From Rickettsiales bacterium (GTDB taxonomy: Bacteria > Pseudomonadota > Alphaproteobacteria > Rickettsiales > JAIXRX01): a stretch of DNA of 64,000 nucleotides. The notes under the pieces are model-generated. The model was not told the DNA's origin. It ran no database searches and was given only the letters and a program-made list of their open reading frames with translations. Made by a program: the position numbers and the translations under genes. Below, one piece after another: positions 55,813-64,000 of this stretch. The DNA is taken from assembly GCA_965247145.1 (NCBI GenBank), contig CBDFGH010000001.1, forward strand, positions 513,164-577,163, written 5' to 3'. Each line of letters opens with the position of its first letter. The first letter of the stretch is position 1.

Positions 55813-56454
55813 TTACGCCGCTTGCTTGGCGTTGCCTTGCTCGAAGACGAAGTTGCCGCTGCGCGCGAGATTCTCGTTCACGAAATCCCAGTTCACCAGA
55901 TTCTGCAGGAAGCTGGTGGTGAAATCGGGGCGGCGGTTCTGGAAGTCGAGGTAATAGGCATGCTCCCACACATCAATGGTCAGCAATGCTTTCTGGCCGT
56001 GGGCCATGGGCAGATCGGCGTTCGGGGTTTTGGTGATTTTCACCCCGTCGCCGTCCGCCACCAGCCAGGCCCAACCGCTGCCGAACTGGGCAATGGCGGC
56101 GGTTTTGAATTCCTCGGCGAATTTTTCATACGAACCGAAGCTTTTGGTGATCGCGTCGGCGATCTTGCCTTTCGGTGCGCCGCCGCCTGCCGGGCTTAGG
56201 CAGTTCCAGAAGAAGGTGTGGTTCCACACCTGGGCGGCATTGTTGAACACTTTGGCTTTGCCGGCATCCTTGGCACTGGCGAGGATGATTTCCTCCAGGC
56301 TTTTGCCTTCCAGTTCGGTGCCCGCGATTTCCTTGTTGAGGTTATCGACATACGCCTTGTGATGTTTGCCGTGGTGGAAATCGAGTGTGTTGGCTGACAT
56401 ATGCGGCTCGAGTGCATTTTTGTCGAAAGGCAGTTCGGGCAGGGTGAAGGTCAT
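55813..56454 (-). CDS. sodB: Fe/Mn-family superoxide dismutase
   Basis: From MTFTLPELPF. Motifs: ..HHGKHHKAYV.., ..WNHTFFW.., ..DVWEHAYYLD... GGAGA lies 8 nt upstream of ATG 56454. The in-frame upstream extension is discussed under findings. Confidence 0.9.
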   Translation of the reverse strand: MTFTLPELPFDKNALEPHMSANTLDFHHGKHHKAYVDNLNKEIAGTELEGKSLEEIILASAKDAGKAKVFNNAAQVWNHTFFWNCLSPAGGGAPKGKIADAITKSFGSYEKFAEEFKTAAIAQFGSGWAWLVADGDGVKITKTPNADLPMAHGQKALLTIDVWEHAYYLDFQNRRPDFTTSFLQNLVNWDFVNENLARSGNFVFEQGNAKQAA

Positions 56455-56677
56455 ATTCTTTCTCCGGTTCGTTGATTTTGGGGTGGGATTGGGGGTGCGG
56501 GCGAAAGCGGGCAGGCGGGCCAGCGAAATGCTGGCGGCGAGGCCGAAGCAGAAGGCGCGGCGGGTCGGCTGCATAAAGTCGCTTTCAGCTGGAACAAATA
56601 TGGAAAGTTTGTAAGTCGCGCGCCTGCATGGTTCAAGTAAGAAGATTGTAAGCCGCACAACCAACGCCCCATAGACG

Positions 56678-57382
56678 ATGAACCCGACCGAACTTCAAGA
56701 CATGCGCCGCACTATGCCGGATTGGTGGCTGGGTGCGGCTTCCATGCCTGCATCCGCGCGGGCGGACTGGCTGCATGTGCTGTGCGTCGCCCATGAGATC
56801 GAGCGCATTCCTGAAAAAACGCGCGAGCCGATGATCGCGCAGATACGTCTTGCCTGGTGGCGGGAATTGATCGGTGAGATTTATGCGGGTCAAGTGCCGC
56901 GCCCGCACCCGCTGGCCCCGGAACTGGCCGCCCTCATTCCTCGTCATGCCATTCCGTACGCTTTGTGGGAAGGATGGCTGGAGGCGATGAGCGAGCGTTT
57001 CGATCCGCAGGAGAATGCCGATCTGCCCAGCACGGAGGAATGGCTCTTCGCCATCGCCGCCCATCTGCTGCACGCGCCGATGGACACGCCGCGCGACGCG
57101 GAGCCCTGGCAGGAGCTGGGACGGCTATGGACCTTGCTGCATGGTCTGCGCCTGCAGGCTTTCTCCAGCGATCCGCAAAGCGGGATGGTGCGCGAAGCGG
57201 CACTGGCCGGGCTCACGTGCCCATGCCCCGAACCTCAGAACGGGAAGAAATTCTGGCACACGCAGCGCAAGATCGCGCGGCATTATCTGCAGGCGGCGAG
57301 CCGCGCGAAAGATACCGAAGCCTTGCACCACGCCCTGCGCCCTTCGCGCGTCCTTCTGCCGCTGAAGCTCCTCTTCGCCTAA
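56678..57382 (+). CDS. squalene/phytoene synthase family protein (NDUFAF6-like)
   Basis: 234 aa. ..LCVAHEIERIPEKTREPMIAQIRLAWWRELI.. matches the conserved RLxWWR helix of the alphaproteobacterial NDUFAF6-like subgroup. Confidence 0.5.
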   Translation: MNPTELQDMRRTMPDWWLGAASMPASARADWLHVLCVAHEIERIPEKTREPMIAQIRLAWWRELIGEIYAGQVPRPHPLAPELAALIPRHAIPYALWEGWLEAMSERFDPQENADLPSTEEWLFAIAAHLLHAPMDTPRDAEPWQELGRLWTLLHGLRLQAFSSDPQSGMVREAALAGLTCPCPEPQNGKKFWHTQRKIARHYLQAASRAKDTEALHHALRPSRVLLPLKLLFA

Positions 57383-57383
57383 C

Positions 57384-57411
57384 CGTCATCCCGGCCTGCG
57401 CCGGGATGACG
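57384..57411. terminator. hairpin between convergent genes (mini CGTCAT...ATGACG element)
   Basis: CGTCATCCCGG (57384-57394) pairs with CCGGGATGACG (57401-57411). It fills the 33-nt gap between two convergent stop codons. No T-run. Confidence 0.5.
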
Positions 57412-57415
57412 CGCG

Positions 57416-58762
57416 CTAAGCGGCGGCCTTTTCTTCGCTCAGCCACATTTCCAAATCCGCCATTGCGCGCTCGCCGTAGCGCGGGCGGGGATTATCCTTC
57501 TTGCCCTGTCTGGGGATGGAGGGAAACAATCCGAAATTGACGTTCATCGGCTGGAAGCTGGCGCTTTGCGCGCCGCCGGTGATGTGGTTGAGCAGCGCGC
57601 CCATGGCGGTCGTTACCGGCGGGCCTTCCATGTGGCCGCCCATGCGTTCGGTCGCGGCGAAACGCCCGGCGAGCAGGCCCATGGCGGCGCTTTCCACGTA
57701 ACCTTCCACGCCTGTGACCTGGCCCGCGAAGCGCAGATGCGGCGCGCTTTTCAGGCGCAATTCACCGTCCAGCAGCTTCGGGGAATTGAGGAAGGTATTG
57801 CGGTGAATGCCGCCCAAGCGCACGAATTCGGCGTTTTCCAAACCGGGGATCATGCTGAAGATGCGCTTCTGCTCGCCCCATTTCAGCTTGGTCTGGAAAC
57901 CCACCATATTATACAGCGTGCCCAACGCATTATCCTGCCGAAGCTGTACGATGGCGTGGGCCTTGATACCGGTATGCGGGTTGGTCAGACCCACCGGTTT
58001 CATCGGGCCGAAGGTCAGCGTTTTGCGACCACGCTCGGCCATCACTTCGATGGGCAGGCAGCCTTCGAAATAGGGCGTTTTCTTTTCCCATTCCTTGAAT
58101 TCGGTCTTCTCGCCCGCGATCAGCGCATCGAGAAAGGCGTCATATTCCTCCAGGCTCATCGGGCAGTTGATGTAATCCTTCCCATCTCCGCCCGGCCCGA
58201 TTTTATCGTAGCGCGACTGGAACCAGGCCTTGCCGAAATCGATGCTTTCCTTGAGCACGATGGGGGCGATGGCGTCGAAGAAAGCGAGATATTGCTCGCC
58301 GGTCTGTTCGAGTATAGCTTTGGCCAAAGCGTCTGAAGTCAGCGGGCCGGTGGCGACGATGCTCGGGCCCCATTCGGCGGGCGGCAGTTCGGTGAGTTCG
58401 CCGCGCTCCAGGCGGATGTTGGGGTGGTTTTCCAGGCGGGCGGTGACGGCGGCGGCGAAACCCTCGCGGTCCACCGCCAGCGCGCCGCCGGCGGGCACCA
58501 TATGTTCGTAAGCGGTCTGGATGATGATCGAATCGCAGCGCCGCATTTCCGCATGCAACAGCCCGATGGCGCTGCTCGTCGCGTCGTTCGAGCGGAAGGA
58601 GTTGGAGCAGACCAGCTCGGCGGCATGTTCGGAAGTATGTGCATGGGTCTGGCGCACCGGCCGCATCTCGTGCAGCACCACGCGCTGGCCCATCTGGGCT
58701 GCCTGCCATGCGGCTTCCGAACCCGCGAGGCCCGCGCCGATGATGTGGAGTTCGTTGGTCAT
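57416..58762 (-). CDS. trmFO: methylenetetrahydrofolate--tRNA-(uracil54-C5)-methyltransferase TrmFO
   Basis: From [22 protein letters not shown] (FAD fingerprint). ..[10 protein letters not shown].., ..YINCPM.., ..[14 protein letters not shown]... Confidence 0.9.
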   Translation of the reverse strand: MTNELHIIGAGLAGSEAAWQAAQMGQRVVLHEMRPVRQTHAHTSEHAAELVCSNSFRSNDATSSAIGLLHAEMRRCDSIIIQTAYEHMVPAGGALAVDREGFAAAVTARLENHPNIRLERGELTELPPAEWGPSIVATGPLTSDALAKAILEQTGEQYLAFFDAIAPIVLKESIDFGKAWFQSRYDKIGPGGDGKDYINCPMSLEEYDAFLDALIAGEKTEFKEWEKKTPYFEGCLPIEVMAERGRKTLTFGPMKPVGLTNPHTGIKAHAIVQLRQDNALGTLYNMVGFQTKLKWGEQKRIFSMIPGLENAEFVRLGGIHRNTFLNSPKLLDGELRLKSAPHLRFAGQVTGVEGYVESAAMGLLAGRFAATERMGGHMEGPPVTTAMGALLNHITGGAQSASFQPMNVNFGLFPSIPRQGKKDNPRPRYGERAMADLEMWLSEEKAAA

Positions 58763-58795
58763 GGTTCGTTCCTTTTCGTATTCACTCAACCATCA

Positions 58796-58858
58796 CACTC
58801 CGCACTTGATGCGGAGTGCCGCTCCGTCCCGTCAGCACTCCGCATCGAGTGCGGAGTG
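58796..58858. repeat. twin-hairpin repeat family 4, copy 2
   Basis: CACTCCGCA-CTTGA-TGCGGAGTG (58796-58818) and CACTCCGCA-TCGAG-TGCGGAGTG (58836-58858). Flanked by inverted CAACCATCACA / GTGTGAGTGTTG. Confidence 0.8.
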
Positions 58859-58886
58859 TGTGAGTGTTGATCGTTGTAAGATGACG

Positions 58887-59675
58887 TTACATGGCGTTTT
58901 GTAATTCGCGCAAAAGCGCCTTGTCGCCGCAGGCGAGGATGTTGGCGCATTGGTCGATGGTTACCGCCGCGCCGTTCCAATTGACCATCGCCCCACCCGC
59001 GCCTTCGATGATCGGCACCAGCGCCATCGCGTCATGCGCCTTCAAACCGCATTCGACGACGAGATCGATGAATCCGGCGGCGAGCAGACCGTAGGCATAG
59101 CAATCTTTGCCGAGGACGGTGCTGCGCGCGGCGCGGACGATGGCTTCCATCATCGGCTGCGCCTGCGGCGGAAAGAGATAAGGCGAGGTGGTGCTGAAAG
59201 TCGCCTTCGCCACGCTTGCGCAGGCGCGGGTGCGGATGGGCTGACCGTTCAGCGTGGTGGGCCGACCCGCCACACCCAGCCAGCGTTCCCGCGCGACGGG
59301 TTGATCGAGGATGCCGAGCAGCGGCACGCCCTGCCAGCATAGCGCGATGAGGATGCCGAAGCTGGGCACGCCCGCGAGAAAGGCCCGCGTGCCATCGATC
59401 GGGTCGATCACCCACGCCCAGCCTTGCAGGGCGGCATTCACATCCCCGCCTTCTTCCTCGCCCAGAATGCCATGGTCGGGCAGCGCTTCGGTCAGCATGG
59501 CGCGCAAAGCGGTTTCGATCTCGCGGTCCGCCGCGCTCACCGGGCTGTAGTCCGCCTTGGTTTCTACTGCCACGGGCTGGCGGAAGTAGCGGCGCGCAAT
59601 CTCGCCCGCCGCATCCGCCATGCGTTCCGCCAGCACGGTCCACTCCGTTTCAATCTGGGGCTCAATCCTTGGCAT
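58887..59675 (-). CDS. inositol monophosphatase family protein (possibly histidinol-phosphatase HisN)
   Basis: ..SPVSAADREIE.., ..ILGEEEG.., and WVIDPIDGTRAF are the IMPase metal-binding motifs. 262 aa. Confidence 0.7.
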   Translation of the reverse strand: MPRIEPQIETEWTVLAERMADAAGEIARRYFRQPVAVETKADYSPVSAADREIETALRAMLTEALPDHGILGEEEGGDVNAALQGWAWVIDPIDGTRAFLAGVPSFGILIALCWQGVPLLGILDQPVARERWLGVAGRPTTLNGQPIRTRACASVAKATFSTTSPYLFPPQAQPMMEAIVRAARSTVLGKDCYAYGLLAAGFIDLVVECGLKAHDAMALVPIIEGAGGAMVNWNGAAVTIDQCANILACGDKALLRELQNAM

Positions 59676-60213
59676 AGATGTGCTTTTGAATGTCTTGCGG
59701 GTTGGAGAGCACGGGCAGGCCGTAGATGCTGGCGGCGAAGCCTTGGATGACGAGGTTGCCGTAGCCCAGGTAGCGGCCCGTGTAGGTCTGGAAAATCATG
59801 ACGCTCGCCACCCGGCGGCGGTCGATCTCGACCAGGGAGATATTAAACACGCCCTGGCGCAGGATGATGCGGTCCGAGGTGATGACGAGGTTGGTGAAGA
59901 AGATTTTGAGAAATCCCTTGGCCAGCCGGATGGCGCTGAACAGGATGATGCAGAGGATGATGGCGCGCACGGTTTCCGGATGCAGCGCGATGATCTGATG
60001 CGCGCGGATGAAGATGTAGCGCAGGAAAAATGCATCGAACATCCGCCCCACTTCCATCAGAAACCCCGCCTTGGGCGAGATGTTCCAAAAGAAATAGGTA
60101 AAAAACGTCGCCAGCCCCACGCCCGCAAACCCCGGCGCGAGCACAATTGGGTGCACGTGCGCTTCGTAAAGCACCCGCTCCTCCGGCAGCAGCATTTGTC
60201 CGATCGGTTCCAT
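59662..60213 (-). CDS. bacterial PH domain (bPH_2/YdbS-like) membrane protein
   Basis: Two TM helices, then ..LVITSDRIILRQGVFNISLVEIDRRRVASVMIFQTYTGRYLGYGNLVIQG.. typical of bPH_2. The 3' end overlaps the IMPase gene start by 14 nt. Confidence 0.55.
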   Translation of the reverse strand: MEPIGQMLLPEERVLYEAHVHPIVLAPGFAGVGLATFFTYFFWNISPKAGFLMEVGRMFDAFFLRYIFIRAHQIIALHPETVRAIILCIILFSAIRLAKGFLKIFFTNLVITSDRIILRQGVFNISLVEIDRRRVASVMIFQTYTGRYLGYGNLVIQGFAASIYGLPVLSNPQDIQKHIYAKD

Positions 60214-60270
60214 GTGCTAAGTCTCTAGCAACCATACGGACAAAAAACAACGCATTGAACGGAAGCGGGC

Positions 60271-60867
60271 ATGGAACATCATCGCAGCAACGCCGAAAAC
60301 TACCTGCGCGAGCATGCGCACGACATTCCCACTTTCCCCCTGGGCGGGGAAGATGCTGTGGGGCTTGTCACGAAATCCGCCCTGCTGCCCTTTCGCCGCC
60401 TGCCGGATGGACCGGAAATCTGCCTGATGCAACCGGTAAGCAGCAAGAAGGAACTGGGCGCGGCAAAATACGAAATATGCAAGGGCACGCGCATGTGGCT
60501 GCTGCCCGAGGGAAAATGGATGGATTTGAAAAAAGAACCGTTCCCCACCGAGGGCGAGCCGGAAGCCTTGATCCTCACCGCGCTGCGCGAGGCGGGGGAA
60601 GAGATGAACCTGCCGTTGAAGGACATTCAGCACCTGGCGAATTGCGGCATCCAGCCCTTCACCTCGGCCAGCACGGGGGTGGATAAGCAGATGCAATTGT
60701 TCCTGGCCGAAATGCGCCCGGAAACGGAAATCGACGCCCCCGACGCCAAGATTTCCGGCACAGAGCGGGTGGAGTGGTTTCCGCTGCGCGCGGCGCTGGA
60801 GGATGCACGCATCCGTTCGGATCACCGACGCATTCTGGGTGTGCTGGCTCTTAGGCTGGCTGGGTAG
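60271..60867 (+). CDS. Nudix-like hydrolase domain protein
   Basis: ..GEPEALILTALREAGEEMNL.. resembles the Nudix box (G-x5-E-x7-REUxEExGU), but the N-terminal half of the box is interrupted. Confidence 0.4.
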   Translation: MEHHRSNAENYLREHAHDIPTFPLGGEDAVGLVTKSALLPFRRLPDGPEICLMQPVSSKKELGAAKYEICKGTRMWLLPEGKWMDLKKEPFPTEGEPEALILTALREAGEEMNLPLKDIQHLANCGIQPFTSASTGVDKQMQLFLAEMRPETEIDAPDAKISGTERVEWFPLRAALEDARIRSDHRRILGVLALRLAG

Positions 60868-60869
60868 AC

Positions 60870-63800
60870 CTACTTTCCAGGTTCGGGCGTCTTTTCCGCT
60901 TTCGGCTCCGCCGTCGCGGCAGGCTCGGCCTCTTTCTTGTCGAACACATCGAACACGCCACGCAGAAAGCCGGGAGTAAGGATAGAAAGCGGATTGACGC
61001 TGACGCTGGGGTCTTCCGCGTTGCCACTGAGGCTGAAGCGGGTGGCAATCAGGCCCTGGCCCTTGCCGCCCATCAACAGATCGCCCACCACGGGGATTTT
61101 GCCGATGACGGAATTGAGCATATAGGCGGGGATGACCGTGCCTTTCAGCTGCACCTGCCCGCTGCCAAGCTGCACCGAACCTTCCTCCGCCGTCAGTCCC
61201 AGCGCGGAACCGCTGGCGCGGGCGTCTTTGATATGCAGCGTGCCACCTTCAAAGGTAAAAGCGGTGCTCAAGCCGTCGAATCCGATGCCCTTGCCCATGA
61301 GCGCGTTGACGATGCCGGTGGGCGAGGTGAGGGAGAGTATCTTGGTGAGCAGCGGGGCCTGGCGCACGTAGAATTCTTCCATTCGCGCCTTGCCGATCAA
61401 CGGATGGGTGGGTTTGTCGTCATCATAGGTCCCCTCGACTTTCAACTTGCCACCGCTGACATGCGCGCTGACATCGAGCGCGGCGAGCAGACGACCGCCA
61501 TTGTCGGTGTTCAACCGCAGGCGGCGTGCTCCGTTTTCCTGCAATATCCGCAGAGCGAATGGACTGGCCGCGCCGCCTTCTTCTTTGTCTGCACCGATAT
61601 TGCCGCGAATGTCGGCGGATTCGCATAGGGCTTTGCTGCAACGAACCTGTGCGTGGAACTGCTCGATCGGCAGGCCTTCAACCAGCCACAGGCTGCCCAG
61701 CTCCACATCTGCCCGCAGGGGGCCAAAATCGAGCGGGTTGCCGGGTTTGTGCGCATCGTGCTTCGCCCGATCGGCCCGCAAAGCGACAAGATCGAGCGAG
61801 GCGCCACGCACATAGAGATCGGGCACTCCGTCCGGTCCCGCCTGGTAGCGGATGCTGGCATTCTGCCGCCCGAAGCGCAGGCTGCCGATATTGGCGCTCT
61901 GTACGCTGCTCTTCGCATCCAGCATCACGGACCCGGTGAGGGATGCGCCTTTGCCCTGATAGGTGAGCGGATCGAGCAGGGTGCCGCCGCCGGGCGTACG
62001 TTGGGTGCTCATGCGCAGGCTGGCTTTCTCACCTGCCGGTTTATGCAGGCCCGCCACCGGCAGGTCGAGGGTGGTGGCCGTGAGATCGAGCGCGGCGTCC
62101 GTCGCATTCGCATGCTTGCCGCCTGTCATCGTCGCATTCACCCCGATGCTGCCGCCCACGCCTTGCTGGATGGGATAGCCGAAGGCGGGCAGCTTATTGG
62201 CTGGCAAATCCATTGCCACCTTGGTCACCGTTTTATCGGTGACGAAATCAGCGGAAAGATCGAGTTTGGCGGGCACGCCGTTCAACTGCAATGTGCCGGA
62301 GGCGGCGAGGACATGATTGTCTGCGCTCAGTTCCATTTTTGCGTCCGCAATGTCGGTATCGCCCAGGAATTTGGGCTGCGACACGCCCAGCAGCTTCGTC
62401 TTCACCCGGTATTTGAACTGATCGGCATAATATTCGGGCGTGGGGTCGGGTTTGGAGGAGAAGATGATGGCATGGATGCCGACCTCCCCCGTGGCCGTGC
62501 CGCTGGCGGCTTTGGTCAGATGCAGCTTTTCGGCGAGGTCGATTTCCTTGGTGGCAAACAAAGTGGCTACGTCCTGCGCGCTGGTGCGCAGGGAGAATTC
62601 TGCATCCAGCGCCGTTTCCGGTGCATCGAAAGAAGGAATCGCAACGGAACCGGCATCGAAATGCGTGGCGGTGAGGTAATCCGCTCCGGTCAGTTCCAGC
62701 CGCATGTCTTGACCCGAAAAGGTGACCATGCCCGCCACATTGTGCGCGGGCGGGTGATTCGGCAGATATTGCACCTCCACCCCCTCGATGCGCATGGCGG
62801 CACGCAGCGCTGCTTTCGGCAAGCTCGGGGCATCCAAATCCTCCGGGCGCAACTGCATGCGCAGATTCGCATCATGAATCATGCCGTGGCGGATGTTGCC
62901 CACCGCCCAGATACGGGTGATGGGGGCGAGTTTCAATGGCCAGTAGGCGCTCAGCCGGTCGGTGGGCAAGGAGGGAAACTGGGATTGTATGGTCAGGCCG
63001 TAGCCCACGGCATCTTCCTTGATGTCGATCTCGGAGCGGATGGTGGTTTCCGGCAGTTCCAGCACGATGTCATGCAGTGTGATCGCATGCGCACCGGGGC
63101 CGATATGGGCTTTGGCGCTGATGCTGCGCACATCCATCGGCTCGGAAAACATATCCGGCCAGGTGAAGGTGCCGGGGCCCGCCTGCGCCGTTATATCCAT
63201 GCGGGCGATGGCGTCGCGTTTCCATTCGCCGTCCACGGAAAGGTTGATCGGGTAATCCGCCCCCGTCAGCCATGCAGGCAGGGGCACGCCATGCAGCCAG
63301 CGTGAAGAAAGATCGGACACGACGCCTTTGATGATGGCCGAACTGGCATAGGGCTGTCCGGTGATGCTCAATGCAATATGCCCATTGTGGGTGGCTTCCG
63401 GTAATTCCGCGCGGATGCGTCCATCCAATCGGCCGTGTTTATACAGCACGTTCACATCCCACCGGCCTTGCAATGCGTCTTCTTCACGCGGAATCGAAAT
63501 ACGCCCATCCTCGATATGGAAACGACGGAAAGCAACAAGGCTGTGCAGGTGTCGAATGCGGCGCTTGGCATCTTTCCAGGCTTGGCGGCGCTGGGCATTG
63601 GTCGAAGCAGATGCGGCATCGTCACCGGCCAAGGCATCCAGCCCATGCAGGGTGGGGGATTGCAAAAGCAAGTCATTGAGCCGCAGGCGCGGCAGGGGCA
63701 ACAGGCTGAAACCCAGCTCTGCGCGCAACAGCGGAGATTCGAGGATGAGTGCGTCATTCTTGCTTATGCGCAACGCCGTGCCTTCCAGCAATACCGGCCC

Positions 63801-63988
63801 CCGATGCGGGCGATCCGTACCTGCACGTTCTGCAATTCCACATGGTAGGGTGCAAAATGGGGTTCGACCCGCGCAAGCCCGAGCTGTGCCAGATGCGAGA
63901 CGCCTTGTGGCTGGATAAGAATCGCACCATACAAGGCGACGCAAAGCAGAATCGATGCGAGCAAAACGAACAGCAATGCACGCAACAC
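60870..63988 (-). CDS. YhdP/AsmA2-like giant envelope protein (DUF3971 type), apparently frameshifted near the N-terminus; the 5' end may lie beyond the window
   Basis: The 1024-aa ORF (60870-63944) ends ..IGKIPVVGDLLMGGKGQGLIATRFSLSGNAEDPSVSVNPLSILTPGFLR, an AsmA-like C-terminus. The TM-anchor N-terminus (..LRALLFVLLASILLCVALYGAIL..) is in another frame (63764-63988). The switch is at a C5 run at 63798-63802. Confidence 0.6.
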
Positions 63989-64000
63989 GGCCCGGCCAAG

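Overview
High-GC (about 60% by eye, not computed), densely coding alphaproteobacterial chromosome segment with Rhodospirillales/Caulobacter-like gene content. It is mostly housekeeping.

Gene order, left to right:
- A SUKH/SMI1 immunity-like gene and a DjlA-like J protein.
- A full ISC Fe-S operon, iscS-iscU-iscA-[88-aa orphan]-hscB-hscA-fdx, with no iscR.
- Homogentisate catabolism: hmgA, an FAH-family hydrolase and maiA, with a cdd wedged in.
- A lower-GC operon of three unknown membrane proteins.
- The H+-pyrophosphatase gene hppA.
- A PHA locus: class III-like phaC, a small coiled-coil partner, and divergent phaR.
- glnB-[orphan]-glnA, tRNA-His, and an AsmA-family gene.
- Cytochrome c maturation: ccmD-E-F-[orphan]-G-H-I.
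- htpG, a PAS-GGDEF gene, and a cupredoxin plus FTR1 iron permease pair.
- A low-GC three-gene islet abutting tRNA-Pro, then ispB.
- A Caulobacter-type flagellar cluster: fliF-fliG-fliH-fliN-flbD-flhA-flhF-flhG-fliK-like.
- An M17 peptidase, galU, rpmG, and yajC-secD-Mth938 with no secF.
- sodB, an NDUFAF6-like gene, trmFO, an IMPase-family gene, a PH-domain protein, and a Nudix-like gene.
- A YhdP/AsmA2-like giant gene with an apparent frameshift.

Intergenic DNA, including gaps inside operons, is saturated with at least five families of nested palindromic repeats. No CRISPR array, cas gene, integrase, transposase or rRNA was seen.

Best candidates for something new:
- The three-gene membrane-protein operon at 12673-14945, whose products share a C-terminal tail motif.
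- The orphan islet at 34155-36179 next to tRNA-Pro.
- The small lower-GC orphans translationally coupled inside the isc and glnBA operons, and the normal-GC orphan packed into the ccm operon.
- The 8-bp-periodic ATTCGAT palindromic array upstream of flhA.

Coordinates taken from the ORF track are exact. Repeat, hairpin and tRNA coordinates were read by eye and may be off by 1-2 nt.
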